DNA of 64,000 nt from Octopus vulgaris (GCA_951406725.2 OX597830.1:35216001-35280000), one strand, 5' to 3'; counted from the stretch's first letter, positions 42,201 through 55,993 are shown. Numbers and translations are program-made. The notes: generated from the sequence alone by a model not told the origin.

Positions 42201-42554
42201 TAATTTTTTAGGTATCTCTGTCTATCTAATCCACTTGCAACGGTTTCTTAGGCACGAAGCTATAATAGAAGACGCTTGCTGACGGTGCCACGCAGTGAAG
42301 CAGAACCCGGAGGTAAACCGCCTTTTATAATTAACGGCCATCTAGGTGGCATTACACGAGAATAGTAAATATAATCATTATTATAGGCGAAGGCGTGGCT
42401 GTGTGATAACTAGCTTGCTTGCCAACCATATGGTTCCGGGTTCAGTCCCTCTGTGTGGCACCTTGGGCAAGTGTTTTCTGCTATAGCCTCGGACTGTCTA
42501 ATGCCTTGTAAGTGGATTTGGTAGACGAAAACTGAAACAAGCTCGTCGTATATA

Positions 42555-42602
<48 letters not shown>

Positions 42603-42916
42603 ATGTTACATTACTCGGTAGTCAAGATAAAACTCTGAGTTTCAGATGCCGAAGTGGAAATCCACAACACCATCTCTTCGGTTATCTGGCTATTTGAAAA
42701 CGTTATGAAAAAATACCGTTAAAAATGAAGGGAAATTACTCTGTTATAACTCTGCTTTGCCTGCGTACTTATACATCGCTCGCATTTTTCGTCATAAAAA
42801 TTATATAAAAATACATAAAAATAAATAAAAATATATAAAAATATATAAAATCTTCTTGGGACATAACACAGAAAGCATGTTCTATCCGTTTTCTTTAGGG
42901 GACCAAAAACGTAACA

Positions 42917-43410
42917 ATCATAACATACAAAAAACACAAGAAGAAAACAGCTGTTCATGCAGGAATAAAGAATTGTGCCCGCTAAATGGAGCTTGCATGT
43001 CCAAGACCATCATATATGAAGCTACCGTAAACTCTATAACCACTAAAGACACCGTTTCGACGAAGAAATACGTGGGCCTGACAGAGGGTAATTTCAAGGC
43101 CAGGTTCAATAACCACACTTTGAGCTTTAGGCACTGGAACAAAAGAAAAGCGACACAATTATCCAATCATATTTGGTCTTTAAGAGATAAAGGTGTCGAT
43201 TATAACATACAATGGAAGATTTTGGCCAGATGTAAGCCCTACACTAACGGCAGCGGAAGGTGCGGTTTATGCGACATGGAGAGATGGCTTATCTGGAAAA
43301 GCAGCTTAGACCCTACCACATGTCTAAATACAAGGACAGAGCTTTTCGGATCATGCCCACATGTGACTAAATTTCTGTTACGTTTTTGGTCCCCTAAAGA
43401 AAACGGATAG
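42917..43410 (+). CDS. GIY-YIG endonuclease domain of a Penelope-like element (fragment, no RT)
   Basis: CSC...CPLNGAC, IIY...KYVGLTEGNFKARFNNH, CGLCDMERWLI, LNTRTELFGSCPH; the first ~20 aa of the predicted ORF come from the inverted arm. Confidence 0.88.
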
Positions 43411-43604
43411 AACATGCTTTCTGTGTTATGTCCCAAGAAGATTTTATATATTTTTATATATTTTTATATATTTTTATGTATTTTTATATAATTTTTATGA
43501 CGAAAAATGCGAGCGATGTATAAGTACGCAGGCAAAGCAGAGTTATAACAGAGTAATTTCCCTTCATTTTTAACGGTATTTTTTCATAACGTTTTCAAAT
43601 AGCC

Positions 43605-43667
43605 AGATAACCGAAGAGATGGTGTTGTGGATTTCCACTTCGGCATCTGAAACTCAGAGTTTTATCT
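43605..43667 (+). ncRNA. Variant type I hammerhead ribozyme in the pLTR (mirror copy at 42625-42687 on -)
   Basis: Stem I AGATAA/TTATCT; core CCGAAGA; stem II GATG..GTGG-ATTT-CCAC..CATC; TGAAA; stem III CTC-A-GAG; GTT site. Confidence 0.6.
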
Positions 43668-43765
43668 TGACTACCGAGTAATGTAACATATTGTATAGAT
43701 AAATTTCCTCTATTTACATAATATTGAGGTCTCTTTCTTTCTTTTGTTATCTTACCGTTTTATCA

Positions 43766-43831
<66 letters not shown>

Positions 43832-45051
43832 ATAAATATATATACACATATGTCTGTGGGTGGATATGTTTATGTGTGTGTTCGTTCCCTCAACATCGCT
43901 TGACAACCGATGCTGGTGTGTTTACGTCCCCGTAATGTAGCGGTTCGGCAAAAGAATAAGTACTAGGCTTACATAAAATAGATCCTAGGGTTGATTTGTT
44001 CGGCTAAAGGTGGTACTCCAGCTTGGCCGCAGTTAAACGATTGCAACTAGTAAAATAGTAAAAGAATTAAGTGTATTTGAAATAAGTAAGCATAATGAAC
44101 GTTTTTTAATTAGGGATCGAAACCGCATTGGATGTGTGGACGAACAGGACACTACTATCATTGAACTACTTTATTGTAAATACATCTACATCTACAATTT
44201 TCTCATAATTAATCTGGTGTTTTTGTTTTTTTTTCTTTCGGTGTGTTTCTTTGTTTGTTGTTTTGTTTTTGCTTTTTCTTGCTATTTTTTATAGACAAGC
44301 AGTTTTGTTTCTGTATTCCGTTGAAAAACTCACCAAATTTATATTCTTTTAACCCTAGTATGAGTCTCCCTTCGGAAAATCTTAATTCTAATACATCAAG
44401 TACTTTGGGAGCTGGAAAATTAGCAAGCAAATGATTGATTGGTACAGAACTATCAACAATTAAAATCCCAATTCAGAAAGTTCGCTGAAATACATCTTCA
44501 TTCGTCCATTGTATATATGCGACATTTTGACACGTACACACACAAACAGAGACACGCAGACACACACACGCACAAACTCACACACACATACATATATATA
44601 TATAATTAGTCTAAAACAGTAGACGATATGATTAATAAATGCTAACAGGCATTCTAAAGTAAAACAACTGAAGTTGACTGACCTTCATTTAAATGTATTG
44701 TACCTTCCCTTGGTAAATGAGCAACAAGAAGAAACGTTTCTTAATTAAAAGAAGAGAATCAATAACACCATTAGTGAAAGGAAGATGTGCAGAATTGTAT
44801 GTTTGTGATACAAATTCCAGTTGCCTTACACTTTTGTAGATCTATAAAGTTTATACAAATATAAACTAATCGGATTTTTCTCTAACAAAACTACCTGTTA
44901 TTTTACTTCCTAATAAAGCTAAAAGATCTTCCAATCATAATCATAATCATCACCATCATCAACATAACCCAAGCAGAAAGCATCACCAATCTCATAATTT
45001 ACGGATCAATAATCGTAAGATCTACTGCTGCTGCTGCTGCTACTACTACTA

Positions 45052-45145
<94 letters not shown>

Positions 45146-45677
45146 TACTACTTATACTACTACTATTACTACTACCACCACCCCCACCACCACACCCACT
45201 GCTACTTCTACTAAACATCACGGCAGAGAATGCAGTATGCTAGCACAAGAAGAGTATAAGTGCAAGCATAACTGTAGAGGTAACAGAGTGCCTTTTAGCC
45301 GTGTGTCTGACTTCGAAATACAAAAAAGTGATATGAGCAAAAACTACAAGCATAAAAACTGCCACACCGAATTTATCAGTCAGATTGACAATCATTAAGT
45401 TCTAACATTTTGACGCGTACACTTGTACAAATATCGCAACGTGTGTAACTCAAAATTCATATATCATTTACAAAATAAGAATTACAAAATGCCCGTTAAG
45501 TTGACAGCAATGACCATGTTGAAATCTCCCTGAAAAAAATATTAAATATTCAATTCGGAAGATAGAAGGATATTTCAGTATGAAGTGGGGAGAATACGCA
45601 GCTAAATGTCAGCTACAAGGTCCAGATAAAATAGTATATTCCATAAATAAATTCACGATAAAAAAAACATATACACA

Positions 45678-45714
45678 CACCCCAGGCATCCGGGTTCGAC
45701 TCCAGGCATGAGAA
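45678..45714 (+). pseudogene. 3' half of a tRNA-Glu-like sequence
   Basis: CACCCCAGGCATCCGGGTTCGACTCCAGGCATGAGAA resembles the 3' half of metazoan tRNA-Glu (CACCCAGGCGGCCCGGGTTCGACTCCCGGTATGGGAA); TTTT follows 7 nt downstream. Confidence 0.5.
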
Positions 45715-45725
45715 CGCATGCTTTT

Positions 45726-45885
45726 GGCGCAGGGGTGGCTGTGTATAGGAAGCTTGCCTTCCAACCACATGGTCCAGGGTTCAATCCCACTGCGTAACAC
45801 CTTGGGCAAGGGTCTTCTACTATAGCCTCAGGCTGATCAAATCTTTGTGAGTGGATTTGGTAGACAGACACTGTAAGAAGCATGT
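45726..45885 (+). mobile_element. SINE family A, 5' half
   Basis: Matches 22769-22930. Confidence 0.8.
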
Positions 45886-45891
45886 TGTGTG

Positions 45892-45922
<31 letters not shown>

Positions 45923-46328
45923 CTGTGTGTGTGTGTGTGTATGTGTGTTTGTGTTTGTATTTGTCCCATGTCCCAACGAGGTTGTAGTGGTGAACGCATA
46001 AGTCAAACTTGGACAGGAAACAGACAAGAACACGTCTTCCTTGTTCTAGCTACAACGGAGAGAAAGAAAGAACCACAAGTTAGGAGAAGAAAGAAAGATG
46101 GCCGGTGGTACCGTTGGAACCACGTAAGCAAGGGAAGGGAAGGGAGGGTGAGAGAGTGGTAGAGTAATAGGATAGAATAGTGCGAGGAGGGGAGATAAAA
46201 GAATAACAGAGAGAGAGAAAGAAAAACGAAAGAGTAAAAAGATCGTATAGAGTGCGCATCAGAATTATTAAGATAAAACTTATGTGCCGCTCAATCATAT
46301 AATATAAATAAAATATATATATATATAT

Positions 46329-46420
<92 letters not shown>

Positions 46421-47106
46421 TTAGTTAGACAGACACAGGTTGACGTACGCAGAGGAAAGTATATATGTCTATAAATACCAATAGTTTAATGTATTGTATT
46501 TTTCATTTATCTAAATATTTTATTTGTTGTTTGTTTTTTGATTACCATTAGAGTTAAACACATCAACTTAGCAGGAATAACATTAATATTCTTATAATAT
46601 AAACAAAGAATTCAAACATAATTTGAGAGAAAATATATATGCATAGTGAACGACGTCTCCAAACGTTGAAAAGCAACCCTCTTGGGGAAAAGTACTAATT
46701 GTGAGTAGACTTCGCAGGAAACAATGAAAAATAACGATAATGAATTGATAAATAAATATACAATATTAATAGGAAGAGAATTTAGAGAATCTAATCTGAA
46801 AGTAAATAAAGGCCAAAGTGACAAAAGTTCAAATAAGAGGAATAGTGAAGAAGACGCGTCCACGATTAAGCAAAAGTGGAAGAGAACATAAAGAAAGTAA
46901 TTCCTGTGAGGCTTATAAAAGAACTTACCAGAAATTGAGTTTCAACAGCTGCAATGAAATTATGTCAGTGATAAGGTCGCAGAAGTACGACAAAATTGTC
47001 GATGTAGTAAATGAGCAAAATGTAAATAACATTGGAGGGGTTTTTTTTGTCCTATTTTCTGAAACAGGCAATATGATTTCTCTGTGATGTAACTGTGGCT
47101 GTTTGA

Positions 47107-47330
47107 GGAAGTGCGTGGCTTAGTGGTTAGGTTGTTGGGCTCATGATCATAAGACTGTGGTTTCGGTTCCTGGATCAAGCAAATCGTTGTGTCTTTCAGC
47201 AATATACTTCATAACAAAAAGCTCCAGTCCACTCAGCCGGTACAAATGAGTAATCTTGCGACGGACCGGCGTCCCGTCCAGAAGGACAATAAATATGCCA
47301 TGGCAACCAGCCTCTATCAGTCGGCGTGTC
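47107..47330 (+). mobile_element. tRNA-derived SINE with a V/Meta-like domain
   Basis: TGGCTTAGTGG A box, GTTTCGGTTCC B-box-like, TGCGACGGACCGGCGTCCCGTCCAG motif. Confidence 0.65.
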
Positions 47331-47331
47331 T

Positions 47332-47410
<79 letters not shown>

Positions 47411-48239
47411 TCATACATACACACATACATACATACATACATACATACATACATACATACATACATACATACATACATACATACATACATACATACCTGT
47501 GGAAAGAAACTTGAGAGTACGGAGTGGTGAGAATATAAGACTTCCCTGAAAGAACATCGTACTAATTTTTCAGTACATCTCATGATATTGGCTTCATTTT
47601 CGAACAGCGGGAAGATAAAAAAAATATTCACACACCAATAACATATTTCATTATTTTTCATTCGAGTTCTATATATTTCAGTACGACACAAGGCTCCAGC
47701 TTTACCTTATTTTCTCAATAACTTATCTTACTCTAATTGTTTCCATCGTTTCTCTTTTAGTAGGCTACTACAAAGCATCTATTCCAAAAAAAATATCGCT
47801 ATTTTTCCATATTCTTTCGTCTCTCCTCTTAAACATCGTCTATCGCTTACCTCTCTCAACTTTCTCTAAGACACACAAGCACACATATACATACACACAC
47901 ACACACATACACAAAGCACATCAATCTCTGCTTTTTTCGTATTATGGTTGTACCTTTCCACTTTCCCAAGTATTTTATTCTTCATCATGCAATTCATGTC
48001 TTTTGATTTATCTCCGTCGCTTTTTTCTCTTTATACATAATTACTACAACTGTAAAATCGAGATAGATTAGTAAATAGTGAGATAGACTGATAAATATCT
48101 ACACAGCCCAGCATACACTCACCACACATATGCACACACAGAAATCTGCATGCAGAAAAACACACACACAGAGGTATACATACACACACATGCATGCATA
48201 TTTATATATATATATATATATATATACACAAACATATAC

Positions 48240-48270
<31 letters not shown>

Positions 48271-48627
48271 CATATATATATTTATATATGACAGAGAGGG
48301 TATTCTCCCTGTCCATTATATTCTCTCATCTACGTACTCAACATATCAAAAAACATTTAGTCTCCATCACATGCAATGTATTGCTGTTTCTTATTCCTGA
48401 AAACCATTTTTTTTTTTACAACAGATAACTATATATTTATATTAGTTTTATCATTTGAAATAATTAACGACTTCTTTGAGTTGTTTATCTTTTTTTTAAA
48501 TTTTTCGTTTTACAGAGAACATCATCAATAATATTGTTCTCTCATGTTTTTTGTGGGGTTTTTGCAATTCTTTTTTCCTTTCCACCTTTAAAAGGTGTTT
48601 GTTCCAGGCTTTTAAGACAATATATAT

Positions 48628-48734
<107 letters not shown>

Positions 48735-50599
48735 CATATATATGTACGTAAATATGTACATATTTCTATACATATACATGTGTCTGTGTGTGTATGAAAT
48801 GCATGTATGTATGTATGTATGTATGTATGCAAATAACATTGTTGCTAGCACGCAACTTCATTCGAAATGTTTAAAGTAGCATTTGTTTTCTCTCCTGATG
48901 CGCTTTAGAAATTTGAGATTATATGCTCGTTTTAGTGGGAAGCGGAGCGCTTTTTGTCTTCATAATTTAGTTTTCTTTCGTTCTTTTTTTCCTTTTCCAA
49001 ACGCACACATACATCCACATATACTCACACGTATCCTCAAACACTAATATACACTTCTACGCACATATGTATGTATGTATGTATGTATCATTATATGTAC
49101 ATACATGTGAGTGTGTGTGTGGATGATAACCCTGTTTGTTTTCGATTTAATGAATACTTTAGCATGTGTTAATTCGTGTTTAGATAGGTTGGCGCTAATA
49201 TCACACATTAGTCGTAGCTTTTAAAGCATTTTTTTTTGTTCGTGGAGGGGGTGTTAAAAGACAAATAATTCATTATTAAATCTGGGAAAAGATGAGCAAA
49301 AATAAAATGGCGTGGTGGGGATAAATACTTTTAAAAGGCAAAAAAACATTAAAAAATTAGTAATTATAGCACAAACATTTGAACAAATAATAATAACAAT
49401 AATAATAAAAGCAACAACAACAATTGTTGAGCATCATGATGTTAATAAAAAAAATTCTTTCGATGCTTCCGTGATTCCACTTCACAAAAATTACTCGCCC
49501 CTCATTTGTATGAAACCAAGTGATGATTTAATTAAAGAACAGCAGAAAGATATATAACTGACATGGATACTCTTCTGCTCTCTGATATTATTTTTTTTTA
49601 ATTTTTATGATTTTTCTTTTTGTTTTTTTTTTGTTTTTGTTTTTGTTTTTTCTGGAACTGGGAAGCCAAGATTTCATTAACTACTTCTTTTATATCACGC
49701 AACCTCTGCGTTTTGAAATAAGTTCCTGTACTATTTCAGATGGTCTCCTCTTCGAATTACAATTCTCCAATCCAGTCTTCCTCTACAGTTCAAAACAAAA
49801 CAACTTGTCTTATACATGCTTTGTTTCGCTGAAGTTGTTGCCTTCTTGCTGGTTTTCCTCGTCCTCCTTCCCATAGATGGTGGCTGGTGTTTTCTCAAGT
49901 ATATGTGAATGTGTGCGTGTTTGTATTTGTATATGCGAGTGTCTGTGTACACTTATATACATACTTGCATGCTCACACACAAACATACACATAGACACAC
50001 ACACTCATATATATATGCTAATAGATAGCTGAATGTACATACACGTATGTATGTATATGTGTGAGAGGGTATGTGTGTATATAGTTGGGCATATTTAATA
50101 TATTATCTGATGCCTTTAACTTGAGATAATACTAACGTAGTTATTAATTAGTGATGTGTAATTGTCACCCAACTACGAAAAAATTTTAACTCAATGGATG
50201 ATGAGATATTTGATTCTAAATGTAATAACAATAACTATTATTATTATTGAGTGAGAGAGCAGTGCATCACATCAAAGTGACACTGGCCTGCAATTTGGTG
50301 GAGAGTGCTAGACGAGTACATCGATCACCGACTCCAGTACTTGACTGGTACTTAATTTATCGATCCGGAAGGGATAAAAAGCAAAGTCGACCTCTTCGGT
50401 GGAATTTTAACTCAGAGCATAAAGACGGACGTAATGACACCAAGCATTTAACTCGGCGTGCCAACAATTGTACCAGCTCATCGACTGTTGGAAAAGAAAA
50501 GAATCTTTACTTTTCATCCTTTTGAAGTCGATGTACCAGTCGATGTAATCGGCTTGTCTCCTCCCCCAAATTTCAGGCCTTGTACCTCAAGCAGAAAGG

Positions 50600-50656
<57 letters not shown>

Positions 50657-50662
50657 TTTATT

Positions 50663-50910
50663 GAGTGAGTGCGTGAGTGAGTGAGAGAGTGCATATTATC
50701 AAAGTGACACTGGAATACAAACATACGAAGCCCAGTATACCCATCATGACTACCCGTCTGATAAGGGTACACTAGGCACAACATCACAACCATAAGTGCG
50801 CGACATGGTGAGCTCATATCAAGATAAACAACACGTGACCTTGCAGGTGGGGACCACCCATGTTTCCAGAGGTAAATTATTCAAACCCCCAAAGAATCCC
50901 TCTCAACACA
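50663..50910 (-). mobile_element. Short TAA-flanked repeat family (other pieces at 50249-50288 and 16080-16185)
   Basis: Shared terminus TTATT|GAGTGAG...GTGCAT...ATCAAAGTGACACTGG and shared GCGACATGGTGA...TGACCTTGCAGGTG; strand is inferred. Confidence 0.6.
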
Positions 50911-50929
50911 TTATCATTAATATTATTGC

Positions 50930-51017
<88 letters not shown>

Positions 51018-51039
51018 ATTGTTGTTGTTATTATTACTA

Positions 51040-51087
<48 letters not shown>

Positions 51088-51603
51088 GGATGTAAAATGT
51101 CGGAAGAATTGCCGCTAATTATTTTTCCGACACGCTAGCGATTCTTCCAGTTTGCCGTCTTGAAGGTTGCCTGTGAAACTTGAAACCACATCATCACCGA
51201 ATATGACAGACGTGTTACCATTCTACCAAAAGTATAATAAAAATAACATAGGCAAAAAAATTGAAGAAAAGACTACCATAACAATGGTTAAGAAATGAGA
51301 TTAAGAGCAATTGTAAATATATCGAAAGCATAAAATGCATTTAGAATTAAAAGGTAATAAAGAAGGGGGCGAACTAGGGGAATTTGTAAGGCCCGGATAA
51401 ATTGACTTGTGTTATTTGCTTTGGTTTTCTGCATACTAAGCTCAGTTTTTGCCCTTCTTTCTTCCGTGATCGACGAAGTTAAATATAGGTCCAGTAGTGA
51501 GATCGATGTAATCTACAATACTCTCGCAACAAAGTTAGTTAGGTTTGTGAATAAGGTAGAAATTAGTTTGTAAGTAAGATACTCAATAGTCCTTTTCAAG
51601 GAA

Positions 51604-51915
51604 GGTGCATGGCTCAGTGTTTAGAGCGTCGAACTTACGACCGTGAGTTTGTGTGTTCGAATCCCGGACCGGGCTGCGTGTTGTGTTTTTAAGCAAGATA
51701 CTCTATTTCACGTTACTCCAGTTCATTCTTTCTATAGAAATGAATTGCGACGTCACTGGTGCCAAGATGTATCGGCCTTTGCCTTTCCCTTAGATAAAAC
51801 TGGTATGCATAGGCGACTGCAGGTCTTCCATAAACAACCTTGCCTGGACTTGTGCCTTGGAGGGTAACTTTCTAGGTGCAATCCCATAATCATTCGTAAC
51901 CGAAGGGGGTCTCCG
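51604..51915 (+). mobile_element. tRNA-derived SINE (third family)
   Basis: TGGCTCAGTG A box, GTTCGAATCCC B box, followed by a CORE/Meta-like body. Confidence 0.7.
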
Positions 51916-52369
51916 AGTCCTTTTCATGTATCATCGATAGAAGAGAGGTGGGGGATGAATAGAGTGAGTGATATACAGAGAAGACAACAGAAAGAACGAG
52001 ACAGAAAGTGTTGATGCTCAAACATAGGCAAAAAAATATGCAGAGGGTGAGAAAGAGACTGAAATATGTTGTGTAATGGAGTGAGGAAGGCTGGTGGTAG
52101 CTGGAGAGAAAGTTATTGTATGGCTGCAATAATGGTGTTAAATCATTTTTAGAAAAAAGGAGATGGAAGAATAAAAGAGAAATGTAGACGAAAGGGGAAT
52201 AAGGAATAAGAGAAATAACGTACGTGAACTCGAAGAAGTATAAGAATATCATTTTATTTTAATGTCTGATAACAAATATTTGTAGTTCAGAATCTTTAAA
52301 TCGTTGTCTTCGTTCACAATCAGCCACCGTGTCAACACTGACTAAACAGGTTTTAAAGATGCAGAGTTT

Positions 52370-53170
52370 GTTCTAAGACAGACTATTAACAGAGATATTA
52401 AGAACATAGTCATGCTAGTATGGAAAGCAAATTAAGTCTAAGAATGATCATAGTCTTTCACTATTGCGAAAGACTGTGATCAAACATAAACTATGACAGA
52501 AATAAAACGACAATGGAAAGGGAACAATTATTGTCTATAGTATGCAATGACCGAAACCAAACCATGAACAACGATAATCATTTAAAGTAAACTATGTAAA
52601 GTAAACAGAGAAAGGAAATGATTTAAGGTAGACTATTATCAAAACGAAAGTCTTATCAAAAGTAGAATACGTTCAAAGGTAGATTATGATTGAGCAGAAT
52701 ATGATCAAATGCCAAATATGATCAATGACAGACTACCATCAAAGTCAATTCAGACTAAGCTCAGTGGCTTAACAAAGATGAAAGGCAGAATATAATCGAA
52801 GGCTAACTTTTGATCAAGGCTATGATGAAATGCAGAATATAAACAAAGACAGACTATGATCTTAAGCATGCTATGATTAAAAGAGACTATGATGAAAGAG
52901 AAATTATAATTAAAAGCAGACTATGATGAAAGGGAGTCTCTAATCTAAAGGTGACTTTTGTCGAAGGCAGACTGTGGTCAAAAGGAAACTATGATCAAAG
53001 GGAGACTATGATTAAAGGATAACTATACACGAAGGCAGACTATTATCATAGGGAGATTATGATAAAATGAAAGCTATGATTAATGACAAATTACCATGAG
53101 ATCAGACTGTAATCAACGGCAAAGCATGATCAAAGTAGTCTGTGATCGAGTAGTCTATGATCAAAAGTAT
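52370..53170. repeat. Degenerate 17-bp minisatellite, consensus about GGCAGACTATGATCAAA
   Basis: Periodic GACTATGATCAAA variants, most regular at 52620-53165. Confidence 0.85.
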
Positions 53171-53195
53171 TCTAGTCATCTCTGTTATGCAATGC

Positions 53196-53400
53196 TCATG
53201 TGTCACTCTTAGAGAAATATATTGTCGTTTTGTCTGTATAGATTAACTTGTTAGCTTCTTGGCTTATATTTCGTAGATGAAACATTTTGTGAGCACTCGG
53301 ACTAGTTCTTGGGTTTGAGGTTACCTTACTTCTTCCATTCTCACTGTCTTGCAGACCTTCTACAAAGCCATGGATACTGACGTTCTTCCTCACTAAAAGA
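53196..53400 (-). mobile_element. Possible mariner transposase N-terminal relic
   Basis: ENGRSKVTSNPRTSP...ANKLIYTDK resembles FKxGRxSVxDxPRSGRP...VxxLIxxDR. Confidence 0.35.
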
Positions 53401-54178
53401 TTAAAAAAAAACATTAACAAAATATTTATCGATTGATAAAATCTAAATCTTACGCCATTAATTACAGACAAAATTCTCTAATGGAATCAAAGGTTCATAA
53501 TCCCTTTCACATATCATTTTTATTAATCCTAACAAATATTATAATACCAAACCTTTATAGTGTGGAACACAGGCAGTGATTTGTCTGTGAGTTGTGAATT
53601 GGTTTCAGGTGGTGACTTACCAGAATTGTACGAACTGGAAGGAACCTGTGGAGAAATAATCACGCAAATTTACTACGCTCCAAATTCAAGCCCCACCTAG
53701 GTCAACATGTTGATTTTTTTCATCAAAATTTTATGGTCGATATTATTTATACCAGTGCATAACAATGAAACAGTGAAGTTGTTAGAACACTGGAACTGAT
53801 GCCTCACAAAGTACTTTCTGGTTTTCTCTGTTTGCAGTTCTGGGTAGTAAAGATAAAACGTTGTCCAAATTTCAAACTGCTATTCCGACCTTGAATGGCT
53901 TTGTGCGCTCATTTGCAAACTTCGTAAGCAGAGAATAACTTGAATATATATTTTAGCCTTTCTACGACCAGATTCGAAACCTTGAAAATATATAAGGTGC
54001 TTGGCGGTGTACTCCTTCCTCTGAATAAAGAGAAATTTTTTTAATGAAGTGCCTAATGGTTTTATCTATATAAAATTCCATTGCCAACTGCATGGGAGTA
54101 CAGACAACACCACTTGAAGAATAGCTCTCGGTTATAAAAATTTATGAATTATGATATTAGTTGATAATATGCACTACA

Positions 54179-54376
54179 CCGTATTTTCCGGCATACAAGT
54201 CGATATAATATATAGTGTAAACACGCAGTGTAAGCATTCAAATATCATTCAAATATTCCTGCATTTCGATTAGAATATTAGGTTTTCCAGAATTTTTTAG
54301 GTGTATAAGTCGACCTACCTTGTTCGGGTCGTAAATTTTGGTCTGAAAAATTCGACTTGTATGCAGAAAGATAAAA
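54179..54376. mobile_element. MITE with about 25-bp imperfect TIRs
   Basis: CCGTATTTTCCGGCATACAAGTCGA ... TCGACTTGTATGCAGAAAGATA. Confidence 0.6.
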
Positions 54377-54968
54377 TAATGAGATATATGTGTATGTGTG
54401 CATGTGCGTATGAGTGTAAGCATGTGCACGTTTGTGCGGGTGTCTATGTATATCTCTCTATATATATATATATATGTATACCCGTATGTGTGTATGAACG
54501 TGTCTGAGTGTGTATGTGTGCACGCGCATGTGTGTGTGTAATATGTTGAATGATCGTTTGTGTACCGTCTCTAGGAGCTTTATTATGAAAACCGCCGCAT
54601 CACTTCCATTGCGGAATTCTGTTGCATAAAACACTTAAATGATGTAGCATGATACTTCAATAATATTGAGTGTTGATGAGGTGTTTATAATAGAAAAAAA
54701 ACATTAGTCTTATAGTCTCTCGTTATATTGGCCTTTTTCACAAATGTGTTTGAAAAAATTATACATGCCCGTTTGCATAAACATTGGTATGCGCTCACAT
54801 TGCTAAAAGAATATTTACAGAAACACACACAGATATATCTATATATATGTATGTACATATATACATACATATATGCATACGTACATACATATATATATAT
54901 ATATATGCAAAGAGACTCCTACACATTTCTTCATATATGTGTGAAGGTGTATAGGTGCATGTCTTGAA

Positions 54969-55017
<49 letters not shown>

Positions 55018-55134
55018 AGTGTGTGTGTTTGTATGTGTGTGTATGTATGTGAGTGTATGAGTGTGTGAGTGAGTGTGTGTGTATAAATCTGTGTGAGTTT
55101 TTACATATGCATGTGTACTCATATATATATATAT

Positions 55135-55167
<33 letters not shown>

Positions 55168-55954
55168 CATATATATATACATGTATACGTGCATATGTTT
55201 TTATGCTGAATATATACACTATACCGTATATATACATGTGTGTGTGTCTGTGTTTTCATATACGTGTGTTTGTGTGCGCGAGTCTATGTGTACGCACATG
55301 CGTGCGCGTGTTTGTGCGTGCATGAGTGTGTACGCTTGTGTGCTTGCGTATGTGTGTGTGTGTATGCGTGTGTGATGTGTGTGTATCTGTGAGGGTGAAT
55401 CTGCATTTGTAAATGAGTTTTTGTTTTGTGTTTGTAACTCTTTGAATTACTGTAGAGAATTGGCAATATAAATTTCTGCATTTTCCAATTGGTAGAATAT
55501 TTAGCTAAATAAATCAACCTTTCATGTTGACTATTTCAGCACATTTACTAGAATATTACGACTACAGATAGATATCTAATTGGACTGAACTGGGCCAAAA
55601 AGAACATAATACAAATATTTGCTCTGATATTGGTCCACGCTTCTACAGTTCGCTGTCACACGTGACCAATGAACAACAATTATTGTATATCTTGTGTGTG
55701 TGTATGCAAATAGAAATTTATGTGCGTGTATTTATCTCTGTGAGTGTGCGTGTGTCTGTATGTGTGTGCATACATATATGTGTGCGTGTGTGCCTTTGTG
55801 TGTATGCATATTGCATATATGCATATGCACATACGTGTAGAAATACACACACAAACACACATACACACGTATATAGAACGCGTGGAGGGGGGTGGGAAGA
55901 TTAATACAGAGAATGAGGGAGAGAGAGACGTATGCATGACAGTGCCTATGTCTA

Positions 55955-55993
<39 letters not shown>

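Larger units (their letters stand above)
42595..43767 (+). mobile_element. Young 5'-truncated Penelope-like element with inverted pseudo-LTR (322-bp arms at 42595-42916 and 43376-43697)
   Basis: Near-perfect inverted repeat around a GIY-YIG ORF, flanked by (TA)n. Confidence 0.92.
42386..44067 (+). mobile_element. SINE family A split by the Penelope insertion (5' half 42386-42550, 3' half about 43855-44067)
   Basis: The two halves match the two halves of 22769-23175. Confidence 0.8.

Noticed and set aside
42856-42916. N-terminus MGHNTESMFYPF of the GIY-YIG ORF and its twin ORF 43239-43436
   Set aside because: Produced by the inverted arm; not a true start
50765-50790. About 20-nt similarity (GGYACACTAGGCAYAACA) to the Dong-like 3' UTR near 18605-18625
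   Set aside because: Too short, does not extend, and lies in the opposite relative orientation; likely chance
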